The translations under genes and the position numbers were made by a program. A model generated the notes under the pieces. The model did no database searches. It was not told the origin of the DNA and saw only the letters and a program-made list of their open reading frames with translations. 64,000 bases of DNA, from assembly GCF_057098645.1 (NCBI RefSeq), contig NZ_CM169472.1. One strand, written 5' to 3'. Positions 9,795-21,966 of this stretch are shown here, in pieces (position 1 is the stretch's first letter; each line of letters begins with the position of its first letter).

Positions 9795-11510
9795 ATCATC
9801 CACCGAGCGCGGGTCGGATGCACCATACAGCTCACCGTCCGGCCCAACCATAATGCTTTGTGTACTGCCCATCGCCTCTTTCAGCGCCACTTTCTGACCT
9901 TTTGCTTCCAGCAGCTTGAGCGTATCCGGGCTAAACCCTTTTTCGACACGCAGCTCGTCCGGCAACCACTGATGGTGGAAACGCGGCGCATTGGTCGCTT
10001 CGGCGACGTTCATGCCATAATCGATGCTATTCACCACCATTTGAAGCACTGTAGTGATGATCCGGCTCCCGCCAGGGCTACCGGTGACCAGCCAGGTTTT
10101 ACCGTCTTTCACCACAATGGTGGGTGACATCGATGACAGCGGGCGTTTGTTCGGCCCGACGGCGTTGGCATCACCGCCCACCAGCCCGTAAACGTTCGGT
10201 ACGCCCGGTTTGGCGGAGAAATCATCCATCTGGTTATTAAGCAGAATACCGCTCTCGCCCGCGACAATGCCCGTACCGAAGGTGGTGTTCAGCGTATAGG
10301 TCACCGCCACCGCGTTACCATCTTTATCCACCACTGAGTAATGGGTAGTTTGATTACTCTCATAAGGCGCAAGCTTGCCAGGGCGAATCTCGCTGGACGG
10401 TTTCGCTTTATTGATATCGATTTGCTCGGCAATAGATTTGGCATAGGCTTTATTGGTCAGCGCCTGCCACGGGACTTTCACAAAATCCGGGTCGCCAAGA
10501 TATTCCGAGCGGTCAGCGTAGGCATATTTCTCCGCTTCTGCCATGATCTGCATCGCGTCGGCGCTGCCAAAACCGTATTTCTTCATATCGAAGTTTTCCA
10601 GAATATTGAGGATTTGTACGATATGGATCCCGCCGGAGGATGGCGGTGGCATGGAGTAAACCTGATACCCGCGATAATCGCCGCTTATCGGTGTGCGTTC
10701 GACCGCTTTATACGCCGCTAAATCTTCTTTAGTGATCAGGCCACCGTTTTTCTGCATCTCCTGGGCAATCTGTTCCGCTATCGTGCCTTTGTAGAATTCG
10801 TCCGGGCCGTTTTCGGCAATCATCTCCAGGCTCTTTGCCAGGTTCGCCTGCACCAGCTTGTCGCCCTTTTTCAGCGGCTCGCCCTCTTTCCAGAAGATAG
10901 CCTTGCTGTTTTCGTGATTCGGCAGCACTTCGCTCCCGTAGGTTTTGAGATCGTCAGCCAGCGCGTCGTTAACGATAAAACCATCGCGTGCCAGTTTAAA
11001 CGCTGGCTGCACCACTTTGTTCAACGGCATTGTGCCGTATTTATCCAACGCCAGCGAGAAACCAGCGACCGTACCGGGCGTGCCGGAAGCCAGATGCGAA
11101 GTGAGTGATTTTTTGCTGTCCGGGTTGCCCTGGTCATCAAGGAACATATCGCGGGTCGCTTTGGCGGGTGCCATTTCGCGGAAATCGATAGCGGTGGTAT
11201 TGCCATTTTTCGAGCGGATCAGCATAAAACCACCACCGCCCAGATTCCCTGCCTGCGGATGCGTTACCGCCAGCGCGTAGCCCACAGCCACGGCGGCATC
11301 AACGGCATTCCCGCCCTCCTTGAGGATATCCACCCCCACCTGAGTGGCAGTAGCATCTACAGATGCCACCATCCCCTGTTTCGCGCGTACCGGATGGAAG
11401 ACATCTTCCTCCACGCCGTAAGAAACAGGAGGCGCGGCGGCGGCGCTAAAACAACTTCCTGAGAGCAGAGCAGCAATAGCCACCCGGCGTAAAAACGTCG
11501 GTTTTATCAT
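9777..11510 (-). CDS. ggt: Gamma-glutamyltranspeptidase (periplasmic, signal peptide)
   Basis: ORF track 9777..11537; start moved to MIKPTFLRRVAIAALLSGSCFSAAAA; conserved GGT motifs including the autoprocessing threonine region (NQTTHYSVVD). Confidence 0.9.
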   Translation of the reverse strand: MIKPTFLRRVAIAALLSGSCFSAAAAPPVSYGVEEDVFHPVRAKQGMVASVDATATQVGVDILKEGGNAVDAAVAVGYALAVTHPQAGNLGGGGFMLIRSKNGNTTAIDFREMAPAKATRDMFLDDQGNPDSKKSLTSHLASGTPGTVAGFSLALDKYGTMPLNKVVQPAFKLARDGFIVNDALADDLKTYGSEVLPNHENSKAIFWKEGEPLKKGDKLVQANLAKSLEMIAENGPDEFYKGTIAEQIAQEMQKNGGLITKEDLAAYKAVERTPISGDYRGYQVYSMPPPSSGGIHIVQILNILENFDMKKYGFGSADAMQIMAEAEKYAYADRSEYLGDPDFVKVPWQALTNKAYAKSIAEQIDINKAKPSSEIRPGKLAPYESNQTTHYSVVDKDGNAVAVTYTLNTTFGTGIVAGESGILLNNQMDDFSAKPGVPNVYGLVGGDANAVGPNKRPLSSMSPTIVVKDGKTWLVTGSPGGSRIITTVLQMVVNSIDYGMNVAEATNAPRFHHQWLPDELRVEKGFSPDTLKLLEAKGQKVALKEAMGSTQSIMVGPDGELYGASDPRSVDDLTAGY

Positions 11511-11629
11511 CGTTATTCTCCAGAGATTAAGGGGCAACCCCAGCTAAGCCTGGTATATAACTCTGAATTAATCCTGATGATTGCAGGAAAGGAGTAAACT
11601 TAAAGAATATCTTCAGAGGAGGATACGCG

Positions 11630-12070
11630 ATGAAACGACTTCTGATTCTTACGGCACTCCTGCCGTTTGTCGGCTTTGCACAGCCCATTAATACTCTGAA
11701 CAACCCTAACCAGCCGGGGTATCAGATCCCCAGTCAGCAGCGGATGCAAACCCAGATGCAGACTCAGCAAATCCAGCAAAAAGGGATGCTGAATCAGCAA
11801 CTGAAAACGCAAACTCAGTTGCAACAACAGCATTTAGAAAACCAGATAAACAATAATTCTCAGCGGGTGTTGCAGTCACAGCCGGGGGAGCGAAATCCCG
11901 CCCGGCAGCAAATGCTGCCCAACACCAATGGCGGGATGTTAAACAGCAACCGTAATCCGGATAGTTCGTTGAATCAGCAGCATATGTTGCCGGAGAGGAG
12001 AAACGGCGACATGCTGAATCAGCCCGGCACGCCGCAGCCTGATATACCGTTGAAAACTATTGGGCCGTAA
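11630..12070 (+). CDS. yhhA: Secreted Q/N-rich protein of unknown function (DUF2756-like)
   Basis: 146 aa ORF with signal peptide [17 protein letters not shown] and glutamine-rich low-complexity body; divergent from ggt. Confidence 0.75.
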   Translation: MKRLLILTALLPFVGFAQPINTLNNPNQPGYQIPSQQRMQTQMQTQQIQQKGMLNQQLKTQTQLQQQHLENQINNNSQRVLQSQPGERNPARQQMLPNTNGGMLNSNRNPDSSLNQQHMLPERRNGDMLNQPGTPQPDIPLKTIGP

Positions 12071-12800
12071 AGTTCGGACCAATCACATCAATCGCATCGG
12101 TACAGATGCAATCCACGCCCCAGCGCAGCAACTCTGCCGCGCGCTGGGGTTTATTGACGGTATAAACCAGAATCCGCAGTCCAGCATCTTTCAACTGCAT
12201 TACTCGCGCTTTATCAAGCAACTTATGATTGAGATGAATAGAGACGCAGCCCAGCCGCGTAGTCAGTTCGCGCCAGTCGTCGCGCCATTCATCCAGCAAC
12301 AAACCGCGCGGCAGTTCTGGTACTGCCTGTTGTGCGGCTTCTAAAGCATCAATTTCGAACGATGACAGCAGCGGCGGCGTCATACCGCCCCACAGCTCGC
12401 GTGCCGCCAGCGCCACCATTTTGCCCGTTAATGGCCCGGTGCCAGTGGTGGGTTTGATTTCGATATTCGCCATCATCCCATGTTCGCGACAGCGTTCCGC
12501 CACCTGCGAAAGCAACGGCAGCGGCTCACCTTTAAACGCTTTGCCGTACCAACTGCCTGCATCCACACGTAGTAAATCCTGCCAGTTCAGTTCACCCGCG
12601 ACGCCCCAGCCGTTGCTGGTACGTTCGAGATTGTCGTCATGGAGCAGGAAGATTTCGCCATCTTTCGACAACTTCGCGTCAAATTCGATCATCTTATGAC
12701 CGTATTTTGCCCCGACGTCGATTGCCGCCAGGGTGTTTTCCGGGGCCAGCTTACCGCCGCCACGATGAGCGACGATGCGGGGATAAGGCCAGTTACTCAT
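12057..12800 (-). CDS. ugpQ: Glycerophosphodiester phosphodiesterase, cytoplasmic
   Basis: 247 aa ORF; GDPD motifs ([12 protein letters not shown]); last gene of the ugp operon. Confidence 0.9.
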   Translation of the reverse strand: MSNWPYPRIVAHRGGGKLAPENTLAAIDVGAKYGHKMIEFDAKLSKDGEIFLLHDDNLERTSNGWGVAGELNWQDLLRVDAGSWYGKAFKGEPLPLLSQVAERCREHGMMANIEIKPTTGTGPLTGKMVALAARELWGGMTPPLLSSFEIDALEAAQQAVPELPRGLLLDEWRDDWRELTTRLGCVSIHLNHKLLDKARVMQLKDAGLRILVYTVNKPQRAAELLRWGVDCICTDAIDVIGPNFTAQ

Positions 12801-13867
12801 ACTCGTTGTCCTGTTTCACCATCAAAAAGATGCAGCTGATTTTCCGCCAGATGCAGCCACAGCGTGCTGCCTGCCGTCGGGCGCTCCTGATGCGCCAGTC
12901 GCACCACCAGCTTCTGTTCGCCCCAGCGTCCGTGCGCCAGGTTATCTGCGCCGAGGATCTCCAGCGTGTCCATCACCAGCGGAACGCCACCTTCTGCCTG
13001 CGAGCTTAGCGCAATATGTTCCGGGCGAATGCCGAGAGTCATTTTACGCCCGGCATACTGACGGTAGCCACCGTTTAGCGGCAGCACAATACCGCCGTCC
13101 AGTTCGAAATGCGTGCCTTCGGTATTCACGCGGCCTGTCAGCAGGTTCATCGCCGGGCTGCCGATAAAACTCGCCACAAACAGGCTGGCGGGCTTTTCGT
13201 AGACTTCAACTGGCGTGCCAATCTGTTCGGCAACGCCGCCGTTCATCACCATTACTCGCTGGGCGAGGGTCATCGCCTCAACCTGATCGTGAGTAACGTA
13301 GAGTGAAGTCGTTTTCAGGCGACGGTGCAGCTGTTGCAGTTCAAGACGCATCTGTACGCGCAGCTTGGCATCGAGGTTAGAGAGTGGCTCATCAAACAGG
13401 AACACCGCCGGATCGCGCACAATCGCGCGGCCCATCGCCACACGCTGACGCTGACCGCCGGAAAGCTCGCGCGGGCGGCGCTTAAGCAGACCGTCCAGTT
13501 CCAGAATGCGCGCCGCTTCTTTAACGCGCTCGGCAATTTGCTGCTTGCCCATGCCGCGAATTTTCAGCCCCCACGCCATGTTTTCTTCAACACTCATATG
13601 CGGATAAAGCGCGTAGTTCTGGAACACCATCGCAATCCCGCGATCTTTCGGCTCCATTTCGGTCACCCGCTGGTCGTTGATCCAGATATCGCCTTCCGTC
13701 ACCCGCTCCAGCCCGGCAACCATGCGCAGCAGCGTCGATTTCCCGCAGCCTGACGGCCCGACCATCACGATAAATTCGCCATCCGCCACATCAAGGGTCA
13801 GCGGTTTAATCACCTGGGTTTTGCCATCCCAGCTTTTGGTTACTGCCTGTAATTTCAGTCCTGCCAT
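12797..13867 (-). CDS. ugpC: sn-glycerol-3-phosphate ABC transporter ATP-binding protein
   Basis: ORF track 12797..13906; start moved to MAGLKLQAV; Walker [13 protein letters not shown] signature LSGGQRQR. Confidence 0.9.
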   Translation of the reverse strand: MAGLKLQAVTKSWDGKTQVIKPLTLDVADGEFIVMVGPSGCGKSTLLRMVAGLERVTEGDIWINDQRVTEMEPKDRGIAMVFQNYALYPHMSVEENMAWGLKIRGMGKQQIAERVKEAARILELDGLLKRRPRELSGGQRQRVAMGRAIVRDPAVFLFDEPLSNLDAKLRVQMRLELQQLHRRLKTTSLYVTHDQVEAMTLAQRVMVMNGGVAEQIGTPVEVYEKPASLFVASFIGSPAMNLLTGRVNTEGTHFELDGGIVLPLNGGYRQYAGRKMTLGIRPEHIALSSQAEGGVPLVMDTLEILGADNLAHGRWGEQKLVVRLAHQERPTAGSTLWLHLAENQLHLFDGETGQRV

Positions 13868-13868
13868 C

Positions 13869-14714
13869 TTATTTCTCACTATCGACCAGGCCGCGCACGA
13901 AGGCACGCTGCATCACTAAAACAATCACTACTGGTGGGATCAGGGTTAACAACATCGCCGCCATCACTGAGTTCCATTCTGTGGTGCCTTCGCCAGTGGC
14001 GATCATCCCTTTGATCCCTGCCACGGTGGTGCCGAGATCCACGTCGGTAATAATCAACAACGGCCACAAATACTGGTTCCAGCCGTAAATAAAGGTGATC
14101 ACAAACAACGCCGCCAGATTAGTTTTGGACAACGGAAAAACGATGTCGCAAAAGAAGCGCATTGGCGATGCGCCGTCGATCCGCGCGGCTTCCACCAGTT
14201 CATCCGGTAGGGTCATAAAGAACTGGCGGAAAAGAAACGTCGCGGTCGCCGAGGCCATCAGCGGCAGCGTTAAACCTGCGTAGCTGTCGAGCATCTTCAG
14301 GTTGGCGATGACTTCCACCGTCGGGAAGATACGTACTTCAACCGGCAACATCAGGGTGATAAAAATCATCCAGAAAAAGAGGTTACGCAGCGGAAAACGA
14401 AACCAGACAATGGCGAATGCCGAGAGCATCGAGACGGTAATTTTGCCGAGCGTAATGCTGAACGCCATCACGAAGCTGTTAAGCAACATCCGCCAGAACG
14501 GCGCACTATTTGTGCCTACCCCGTTTACCCAGATGTTGTGGATGTTTTCCAGCAGATGCGTGCCGGGGATTAGCGTCATCGGCGCGGCGTAGACGGCTTG
14601 TTTATCCAGCGTCGCCGCGACAAACGCCACGTACAGCGGGAAGAGGATCACCGCGATCCCGAGGATCAGCATGGTATGGCTGAATATCGTCAGCCACGGA
14701 CGGTTCTCAATCAT
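13869..14714 (-). CDS. ugpE: sn-glycerol-3-phosphate ABC transporter permease
   Basis: 281 aa polytopic membrane ORF in the ugp operon. Confidence 0.9.
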
Positions 14715-15598
14715 TGGTAACGCACCTTGCTTTCAACATAGCGGAACTGCACCACCGTCAGCACGATGACGAGGAACATCAACACCACCGACTGTGCGGC
14801 AGACGAAGCCAGATCCAGTCCGGTAAAGCCTTCGCGGTAGATCTTATAAATCAGCGTCGTGGTGGCCTGAACCGGCCCGCCGGACGTGGCGGCGTCGATC
14901 ACCGGGAAGGTGTCGAAGAAGGCATACACCAGGTTCACTACCAGCAGGAAGAAACTCACTGGGGCGATAAGCGGCAGCGCAATCTTAAAGAAGCGGCGAA
15001 TCGGCCCTGCACCGTCGATGGCTGCGGCTTCGATCAACGAACGGGGAATGGATTGCAGCGCGGCATAGAAGAACAGGAAGTTGTAGCTGATTTGCTTCCA
15101 TACTGAGGCAAACACCACCAGAAACATCGCCTGACCGCTATTTTGCGCGTGGTTCCAGTCGTAGCCGAACTCAGCGAGAAAATAGGTGATCAGCCCGCGA
15201 CCGGGGTTAAACAGGAAGATCCACAATACGGCGGCAACGGCGGGAGCCACGGCATACGGCAGCAGCATCAAGGTTTGATAGAAACGACTGCCGCGCACGA
15301 TGTACTCCACCAGCGCCGCAAAGAACAGCGATACCAGCAAACCGCTGACGGTGACAAAGGTGCTGAATTTTATCGTCGTCCAGAAGGAGTCGAGATAGTA
15401 GCTGTCATGAAACAGCGCGACGAAGTTATCCAGGCCGACAAACTGGCTGGAGAAACCAAACGGATCGACGCTTTGCAGCGAGTACCACAACGCTTCGCCC
15501 GCAGGCCAGATAAAAAAGATAACGGTGATGATGAGCTGCGGCGCGACCAGCAGATAAGGCAGCCAGCGCGCGCGGAACACCGGACGGGATGATGACAT
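14711..15598 (-). CDS. ugpA: sn-glycerol-3-phosphate ABC transporter permease
   Basis: 295 aa polytopic membrane ORF in the ugp operon. Confidence 0.9.
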
Positions 15599-15617
15599 TA
15601 CGGTTAATTCCTGAACT

Positions 15618-15690
15618 GTGCCGGATGCGCTTCGCTTATCCGGCCTACACGCGATGCCAGGTCAGATAAGCGAAACGCATCCGACATTAC
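15618..15690. repeat. REP / BIME-type extragenic palindromic repeats between ugpA and ugpB
   Basis: GCCGGATGCGCTTCGCTTATCCGGCCTAC and an inverted partner GATAAGCGAAACGCATCCGAC in the ugpB-ugpA intergenic spacer. Confidence 0.6.
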
Positions 15691-15695
15691 ACTGA

Positions 15696-17012
15696 TTAAG
15701 ACTTCGTCGATTTCTCAAAGCGGCGCAGTAACTGGTTCCCACGCTCAACGGCGGTATCCAGTGCCTGCTGCGGTGTCTTCTTACCGGTCCACACGCTCTC
15801 CAGCTCTTCATCCACAATCACGCGGATCTGCGGCATGTTGCCCAGACGCAGCCCTTTGGTGAACGGCAACGGCGGCTTGTTCAGCATCTGACGCGTCGCG
15901 GTATCCGCCCCTGGGTTTTTCTCATAAAAGCCCTGCTCACGGGTCAGGTCATACGCTGCTTTGGTGATTGGCAGATAACCGGTTTTCTGATGCCACTCGG
16001 CAGCGTTTTCTGGCTTCGCGAGGAAGTCGAGGAACTTCGCCACGCCGGTATACGTTTCTTTATCTTTGCCCTGCATCACCCACAGGCTGGCCCCGCCGAT
16101 AATGGCGTTTTGCGGTGCATCTTTCGCATCGGCGTCGTAAGGCATCATGCCTACGCCATAGTTAAATTTGGCGTACTCACGAATATTAGCGAGAGAACCG
16201 GAAGAGGCGGTGGTCATCGCGCAATCACCGTTATAGAACTTCTCGGTGGATTCATCCTTACGCCCGACGTAGCTGAAATCGCCCTTCTTGTTCATCTCTT
16301 CGAGCATGGCGATGTGTTTCACCTGCTCCGGCTTGTTGAACTCCAGCACCGCATCCGTGCCGTCAAAGCCGTTGTTTTTGCTGGCAAACGGCAGACCGTT
16401 CCAGGCGCTAAAGTTTTCCAGTTGGATCCAGCCCTGCCAGCCGCTGGCGTAGCCGCACTTCATTCCGGAGGCTTTCAGTTTTGCAGAATAGTCCGCCAGA
16501 TCCTGCCAGGTTTTCGGCGGCTGTTCCGGGTCTAATCCTGCTTTCTTGAAGGCGTCTTTGTTGTAATAGAGAACGGGGGTCGAGCTGTTGAATGGCTGGG
16601 AGAGTAAGTGGCCCGTTTTGCTGTCGGAGTAGTAACCGGAAACCGTCGGCACAAACTGCGACTCATCGAATTGAATCCCCGCCTCTTTAAACACGTCATA
16701 TACCGGTTTAATGGCTTTCGACGCCATCATGGTGGCGGTGCCAACTTCATAAACCTGCAAAATAGCCGGAGCATTGCCGGTACGAAATGCGGCAATCCCC
16801 GCGCTTAAATTCTGTTCGTAGTTGCCTTTATAGGTCGGTACAATTTTGTAATCCGGGTTTTCGGCGTTAAAACGTTGGGCCAGAGAATCCACCTCTTTAC
16901 CCAGTTCCCCTTCCATAGAATGCCAGAACGGAATGGTCGTCACTGCCTGTGCATTCCCCATTAACGCCAGTCCGAGCGCCAGTGCTGAAGCTGTATAATG
17001 TAACGGTTTCAT
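15696..17012 (-). CDS. ugpB: Periplasmic sn-glycerol-3-phosphate-binding protein
   Basis: 438 aa ORF with signal peptide [23 protein letters not shown]; first gene of the ugp operon. Confidence 0.9.
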   Translation of the reverse strand: MKPLHYTASALALGLALMGNAQAVTTIPFWHSMEGELGKEVDSLAQRFNAENPDYKIVPTYKGNYEQNLSAGIAAFRTGNAPAILQVYEVGTATMMASKAIKPVYDVFKEAGIQFDESQFVPTVSGYYSDSKTGHLLSQPFNSSTPVLYYNKDAFKKAGLDPEQPPKTWQDLADYSAKLKASGMKCGYASGWQGWIQLENFSAWNGLPFASKNNGFDGTDAVLEFNKPEQVKHIAMLEEMNKKGDFSYVGRKDESTEKFYNGDCAMTTASSGSLANIREYAKFNYGVGMMPYDADAKDAPQNAIIGGASLWVMQGKDKETYTGVAKFLDFLAKPENAAEWHQKTGYLPITKAAYDLTREQGFYEKNPGADTATRQMLNKPPLPFTKGLRLGNMPQIRVIVDEELESVWTGKKTPQQALDTAVERGNQLLRRFEKSTKS

Positions 17013-17039
17013 CGTTTATCTCTCTTGTTGTACCGAATG

Positions 17040-17150
17040 CGCGAATTCACGCGTTTTATGCTCGCGGGGTAACATGACATGCTCGAATTACAGAAAAATA
17101 ACTTTTTTGTTACATTTGTAAGATAGTAAGGTGTCAGAAAGATGACAAGG
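17040..17150 (-). promoter_or_regulatory. ugpB promoter region with Pho-box-like repeats
   Basis: Minus-strand reading contains CTGTCATCTTTCTGACAC and further TGTAAC/TGTCAT repeats upstream of ugpB, consistent with PhoB control. Confidence 0.5.
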
Positions 17151-17205
17151 CGGTGACGGTACGGGTGAGGGAAAATGGGAGATGGGGCACGGATATCCCG
17201 AGAAT

Positions 17206-17242
17206 GCACTGAAAAGAGGCGATTAACGGCCAGCTAATCGCC
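17206..17242 (-). terminator. Intrinsic terminator downstream of the 249-codon ORF
   Basis: Minus-strand hairpin GGCGATTA-(loop)-TAATCGCC followed by TCTTTTCAG. Confidence 0.5.
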
Positions 17243-17371
17243 AGAACTCCTTACCATGAAGAGCAAAAATGGCAGCAAATTCTGCGTCCAGTTTTGCTGC
17301 CCGATGAGAGCTACATTTTTCAATTTTAACAAAAGATTGCCGCGACACTGGTCTAACGGCAAAGAAGATTT

Positions 17372-18121
17372 TCATTGCACCACACTCTGCTTCAACCGTT
17401 CATTGGCGGTCTTAATCCATTCCCGGTGGTGTTTTCTATAATGAGGTCTTGAGCGTTTAGCCGTATCAACTACAGCAACATACTGCTCGTTGGCTTCACG
17501 TAACCGACTCATTTTCGCCAACATTTCCGCATAGTAAATACGCGCCTGCGGGCCGGGGTAATAAGAAATCAATACTTCAAACTCGCTTTCCGCATCAGCG
17601 TATTTTTCTTGTGCGGCTAACGTTCTGGCAAATAACAAATGCCCGTCTGCCGACTGAAAATCAGGGTTATAACGCATCACATCTTCCAGCGTCTGCTGAC
17701 AGGCGGCGAACTCCTGAATAGCAAACTGTGCCTGCGCCAGGCTTAGCATCATTGCCGCCGCTTCATGGGCGAATATCCCGCTTAACGCCTGCTGATAATG
17801 GGGAACGGCTTCGTGGTAACGCTCCAGACGCGCCAGCTCGTTGGCAAGTTGATAGTGGTTTTGATTGGTCTCGGCAATCGCCAGCTCTTCGGTTAATTTG
17901 CGCAGGTGACGTTCCGGATTGATTTTGTCCTGCAGGCGCATCAGAAAGGTACGCCCGTGACGGTCAGCGCCCGTTTCTGGCAGCATCACCATGACAAAAT
18001 ACGCCACGCAACCAATCACCGGAAAACAGAAGATGATAAAAAACCAATATCGCTCTTGTCCGGTACGGTAAGCGTGGATACAGCAAAGCATTTCAAGCAT
18101 GGCGACAACGGCATAATGCAT
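17372..18121 (-). CDS. Hypothetical inner-membrane protein: N-terminal PLD-nuclease-N-like transmembrane hairpin plus cytoplasmic helical-repeat (TPR-like) domain
   Basis: 249 aa ORF; GGAAAGG Shine-Dalgarno about 9 nt before the ATG; hydrophobic segment YWFFIIFCFPVIGCVAYFVMVML; helical repeat body; own terminator; E. coli-like composition. Confidence 0.55.
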   Translation of the reverse strand: MHYAVVAMLEMLCCIHAYRTGQERYWFFIIFCFPVIGCVAYFVMVMLPETGADRHGRTFLMRLQDKINPERHLRKLTEELAIAETNQNHYQLANELARLERYHEAVPHYQQALSGIFAHEAAAMMLSLAQAQFAIQEFAACQQTLEDVMRYNPDFQSADGHLLFARTLAAQEKYADAESEFEVLISYYPGPQARIYYAEMLAKMSRLREANEQYVAVVDTAKRSRPHYRKHHREWIKTANERLKQSVVQ

Positions 18122-18239
18122 GGGAGGGAACCTTTCCGTGGCAAATAAGTGGTCTGGTTTTAATCCTCCCGGTCAGTTGAAACAAGTCTGTATACGGACG
18201 AAGAGCCCGGCAGAACGTGGCTGCCGGGTATTCGATAAT

Positions 18240-18953
18240 TTACCCGCCTAAATACGCACTTCTCACCGCTTCGTTCGCCAGTAGTGCATCACCAGTATCG
18301 GAGAGCACCACATGGCCGTTTTCCAGCACGTAGCCGCGATCCGCCAGCTTTAGCGCCTGGTTGGCGTTCTGCTCGACGAGGAAGATAGTCATCCCCTGCT
18401 CGCGCAGCTGCTCGATGGTGTCGAAAATTTGCTGGATGATAATCGGCGCAAGACCGAGAGATGGCTCATCAAGCAACAACAAACGCGGGTTGCTCATCAG
18501 CGCGCGACCAATCGCCAGCATCTGCTGTTCACCGCCGGACATGGTGCCCGCCCGCTGAACACGACGCTCATGAAGACGTGGAAACAGCTCATACACCCAC
18601 TTTATGCGCTCCTGAAACTGATCACGTTCGGCAAAAAAGCCGCCCATCGCCAGGTTCTCTTCCACCGTCATCCGCGAGAAGACGCGACGCCCTTCCGGGA
18701 CAATCGCTACCGCTTCGCGCATGATTTTCGCCGTCTGCCAGTCGGTAATGTCTTTATCATCAAACACAATTCGCCCGCTGGTGGCGCGCGGATCGCCGCA
18801 TAACGTGCCGAGCAAGGTGGTTTTCCCCGCCCCGTTCGCGCCAATCAGCGTGACAATCTCGCCCTGATTGATATGCAGGCTCACCTCATGCAGCGCCTGG
18901 ATTTTGCCGTAGTGGGCGCTGACTTTGTCAAAGGACAACATGACTTTTTCCAT
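18240..18953 (-). CDS. livF: Branched-chain amino acid ABC transporter ATP-binding protein
   Basis: ORF track 18240..18965; start moved to MEKVMLSF; Walker A GANGAGKTT. Confidence 0.9.
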   Translation of the reverse strand: MEKVMLSFDKVSAHYGKIQALHEVSLHINQGEIVTLIGANGAGKTTLLGTLCGDPRATSGRIVFDDKDITDWQTAKIMREAVAIVPEGRRVFSRMTVEENLAMGGFFAERDQFQERIKWVYELFPRLHERRVQRAGTMSGGEQQMLAIGRALMSNPRLLLLDEPSLGLAPIIIQQIFDTIEQLREQGMTIFLVEQNANQALKLADRGYVLENGHVVLSDTGDALLANEAVRSAYLGG

Positions 18954-18954
18954 C

Positions 18955-19722
18955 TTATGCCTCACCTAAATAGGCACGGATCACGTCCGGGTTATTACGG
19001 ATTTGCTCCGGCGTACCGTTTGCCAGCGGCGTCCCCTGATTGACCACGTAAATTCGGTCCGAAATTCCCATCACCAGCTTCATATCGTGTTCAATCAACA
19101 AGATAGTGGTGTTGTGATGATTGCGCAGTTCGGCAATCAGCTCATCCAGCTCTTTCGTTTCTTTCGGGTTAAGACCTGCCGCAGGTTCGTCGAGCATTAA
19201 AATCTCCGGCTGCGTCACCATGCAGCGGGCGATCTCCAGACGGCGCTGGTCACCGTAGGCCAGGTTGCTCGCCTGGCGGTTGGCGTGTTCCAGCAAACCA
19301 ATGCGCTCAAGCCAGATGGCGGCGCGGTCGAGCGCTTCGCTCTGGGCGCGACGGAAAGAAGGCGTTTTCAACAGGCCAGAGAACAGCCCGGTTTTCAGTT
19401 GCTGATGCTGCGCCACCAGCAGGTTTTCAATTACCGTCATTTCACGGAACAGACGCACATGCTGGAAGGTGCGCACCACGCCCATGCGGGCGATTTGCTG
19501 CCCCGGCAAACCCTCCAGATGCTGATCGCGCAGTAAAATAGTGCCGCCGGTGGGTTTGTAGAATCCGGTCAGGCAGTTAAAGACCGTGGTTTTTCCGGCA
19601 CCGTTAGGACCGATTAACGAGACGATCTCCTGCGGGTACAGTTCAAGATTGACGTTGTTCACTGCCAGCAGGCCGCCGAAGCGCATCATCAGGCCGTTAA
19701 CAGATAATAATGGCTGACTCAT
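18955..19722 (-). CDS. livG: Branched-chain amino acid ABC transporter ATP-binding protein
   Basis: 255 aa; Walker [10 protein letters not shown]. Confidence 0.9.
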   Translation of the reverse strand: MSQPLLSVNGLMMRFGGLLAVNNVNLELYPQEIVSLIGPNGAGKTTVFNCLTGFYKPTGGTILLRDQHLEGLPGQQIARMGVVRTFQHVRLFREMTVIENLLVAQHQQLKTGLFSGLLKTPSFRRAQSEALDRAAIWLERIGLLEHANRQASNLAYGDQRRLEIARCMVTQPEILMLDEPAAGLNPKETKELDELIAELRNHHNTTILLIEHDMKLVMGISDRIYVVNQGTPLANGTPEQIRNNPDVIRAYLGEA

Positions 19723-20996
19723 GCCTGCTCTCCTTTCGCTGCGCCGTTTTTCAGCTTGAGTTGCGGGCGCGTCATGGGCAGCAAGCCCTGCGGACGCCAG
19801 ATCATCATCAGCACCATCAAACCACCGAGCATTAACATGCTGTATTCGTTGAAATCACGCATCAACTCGCGCGACACCACCAGCAAAATTGCCGCCAGAA
19901 TCACCGCAAATTGCGAGCCCATACCGCCGAGCACCACTATCGCCAGTACAAAGGCTGATTCAGCAAAGGTGAAGGATTCCGGGCTGACAAAGCCCTGACG
20001 CGCCGCAAACAGCGTTCCGGCAAAACCCGCAAACGCGGCGCTGATGGTAAAGGCGGTCAGCTTGATACGACGCGGGCTTAAGCCCAGCGAACGGCAGGCG
20101 ATTTCGTCTTCACGCAACGCTTCCCAGGCGCGACCCAGCGGCATCCGCAGCAGGCGGTTAATGACAAACAGGCTTAATACCACCAGCAGCAACGCCACCA
20201 GGTAGAGGAAGATAACGCGATCGGAGGGATCGTATTTCAGGCCAAAGAAATTACTGAACGTGTCCCAGCCGCCTTCACGGGCGGTACGGCTGAACTCGAG
20301 GCCGAAGAAAGTCGGTTTCGGGATCTGACTGATACCATTCGGGCCGCCGGTAATTTCGGTGTTATTGAGCAGCAATATGCGCACAATTTCGCCGAAACCG
20401 AGGGTAACGATCGCCAGATAGTCGCCGCGCAGGCGCAGCACCGGAAAACCGAGCAGGAAGCCCGCCGCCGCTGCCATTAACCCGGCAATCGGCAGACAGG
20501 TCCAGAAGCCCAGGCCGTAATAGTGATTGAGCAGCGCAAAGGTGTAAGCGCCGATGGCGTAAAAGCCGCCGTAACCCAGCACCAGCAGGCCAGAAAGCCC
20601 TACCACCACGTTCAGCCCGAGGCCGAGGATAATGTAGATCATGGTCAAGGTGGCGATATCCACCGTCCCGCGTGAAACCATAAACGGCCACGCCACCGCA
20701 AGCACCAGCAGCGCCACGAGAAACAGCTTTTGCTTCACCGTGGAGCCATCAATCGCGGGCAGAATAAACTTCGGTCCGGAAACGCTTTTCAACCCTTTCT
20801 GGAAAGCCGGTCGCAAAAGCTGGAAGAAAAAGACCACCGCCGTGCCGATAAACACCCACTGCCAACGGACATCCGAAGCGCTATCGACCACCAGTTTGGT
20901 GCCATCCAGCTCCAGTTGCACGCCCATAAAGACGCCCGCCAGCACAAAGAACATCGCGGCAGAGAGCAGCGCCATTGCAATATGCATCGGTTTCAT
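19719..20996 (-). CDS. livM: Branched-chain amino acid ABC transporter permease
   Basis: 425 aa polytopic membrane ORF in the liv operon. Confidence 0.9.
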   Translation of the reverse strand: MKPMHIAMALLSAAMFFVLAGVFMGVQLELDGTKLVVDSASDVRWQWVFIGTAVVFFFQLLRPAFQKGLKSVSGPKFILPAIDGSTVKQKLFLVALLVLAVAWPFMVSRGTVDIATLTMIYIILGLGLNVVVGLSGLLVLGYGGFYAIGAYTFALLNHYYGLGFWTCLPIAGLMAAAAGFLLGFPVLRLRGDYLAIVTLGFGEIVRILLLNNTEITGGPNGISQIPKPTFFGLEFSRTAREGGWDTFSNFFGLKYDPSDRVIFLYLVALLLVVLSLFVINRLLRMPLGRAWEALREDEIACRSLGLSPRRIKLTAFTISAAFAGFAGTLFAARQGFVSPESFTFAESAFVLAIVVLGGMGSQFAVILAAILLVVSRELMRDFNEYSMLMLGGLMVLMMIWRPQGLLPMTRPQLKLKNGAAKGEQA

Positions 20997-21919
20997 ACTT
21001 TCTCTACCTCCGGGCGCCCCAGAATACCGGTCGGCATCACCAGCAGCACCAGAATCAGCAGGGCGAATGAGACCACATCTTTATATTCCGTACTCAGATA
21101 GGCAGAAGAGAGCGCCTCCGCAATCCCCAGAATCAGCCCGCCAATCATCGCTCCCGGAATGCTGCCAATCCCACCGAGCACCGCAGCGGTAAAGGCTTTC
21201 ATCCCGGCCATAAAGCCGATGTAGGGGTTAATGACGCCGTAGAACTGACCGAGCAGTACGCCCGCCACCGCCGCCATTGCCGCGCCAATCACAAAGGTCA
21301 GCGCAATCACCCGGTCGGTGTTAATGCCAAGCAGGCTCGCCATTTTCAGATCTTCGGCGCAGGCACGGCAGGCGCGCCCCATACGGGAATAACGAATGAA
21401 AATCGTCAGCGCCAGCATGGCGAGGAAAGTAACAATCCAGATCACCGCCTGCATGGTAGTAATAGAGGCAGAGAAGTTTTCGCTATGGCCCACCACCCAC
21501 TGACCGTTAAACAGGCTCGGCAGCGCCACGTCGCGCGAACCTTCGGTCAGGCTGACGTAGTTTTGCAGGAAGATGGACATACCGATTGCCGAGATGAGTG
21601 CAATCAGGCGCTTAGAGTTACGCACCGGGCGGTAAGCCACCCGTTCGATACTCCAGCCGTAGGCGCTGGCAATGACGATTGCGCCAACGAATCCCGCCGC
21701 CACCAGCAGCCAGCCGGTATCAATGCCCAGCATCATCAGCGCGGAGATGATCATAAAGGAGACATAGCTACCAATCATATAAACCTCGCCGTGGGCGAAG
21801 TTGATCATGCCGATAATGCCGTAAACCATGGTGTAGCCGATGGCTATCAGCGCGTAGGTACTGCCCAGCGTGACGCCGTTAAACATCTGCTGCAAGAAAT
21901 ATAAAAACTGCTCAGACAT
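20993..21919 (-). CDS. livH: Branched-chain amino acid ABC transporter permease
   Basis: 308 aa polytopic membrane ORF in the liv operon. Confidence 0.9.
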   Translation of the reverse strand: MSEQFLYFLQQMFNGVTLGSTYALIAIGYTMVYGIIGMINFAHGEVYMIGSYVSFMIISALMMLGIDTGWLLVAAGFVGAIVIASAYGWSIERVAYRPVRNSKRLIALISAIGMSIFLQNYVSLTEGSRDVALPSLFNGQWVVGHSENFSASITTMQAVIWIVTFLAMLALTIFIRYSRMGRACRACAEDLKMASLLGINTDRVIALTFVIGAAMAAVAGVLLGQFYGVINPYIGFMAGMKAFTAAVLGGIGSIPGAMIGGLILGIAEALSSAYLSTEYKDVVSFALLILVLLVMPTGILGRPEVEKV

Positions 21920-21966
21920 AAGGTAACCTTTCTAAACCCGCCCGCATTTCACGGGCGGTGGGATTT

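Noticed and set aside
11630-12070. Q/N-rich low-complexity sequence, possible prion-like or repeat protein
   Set aside because: Corresponds to the conserved yhhA secreted protein; compositional bias only, no sign of a mobile repeat
13325-13753. Long antisense ORFs inside ugpC, the liv genes, zntA and the biosynthetic genes (for example 13325..13753, 16000..16535, 33485..33757, 49604..49843, 58974..59738)
   Set aside because: They sit opposite or out of frame to strongly supported genes and have biased Arg/Ala/Ser-rich composition typical of GC-rich antisense frames
17256-17441. 61-aa plus-strand ORF upstream of the ugp promoter
   Set aside because: Overlaps the 3' end of the better-supported minus-strand 249-codon ORF and has no start context
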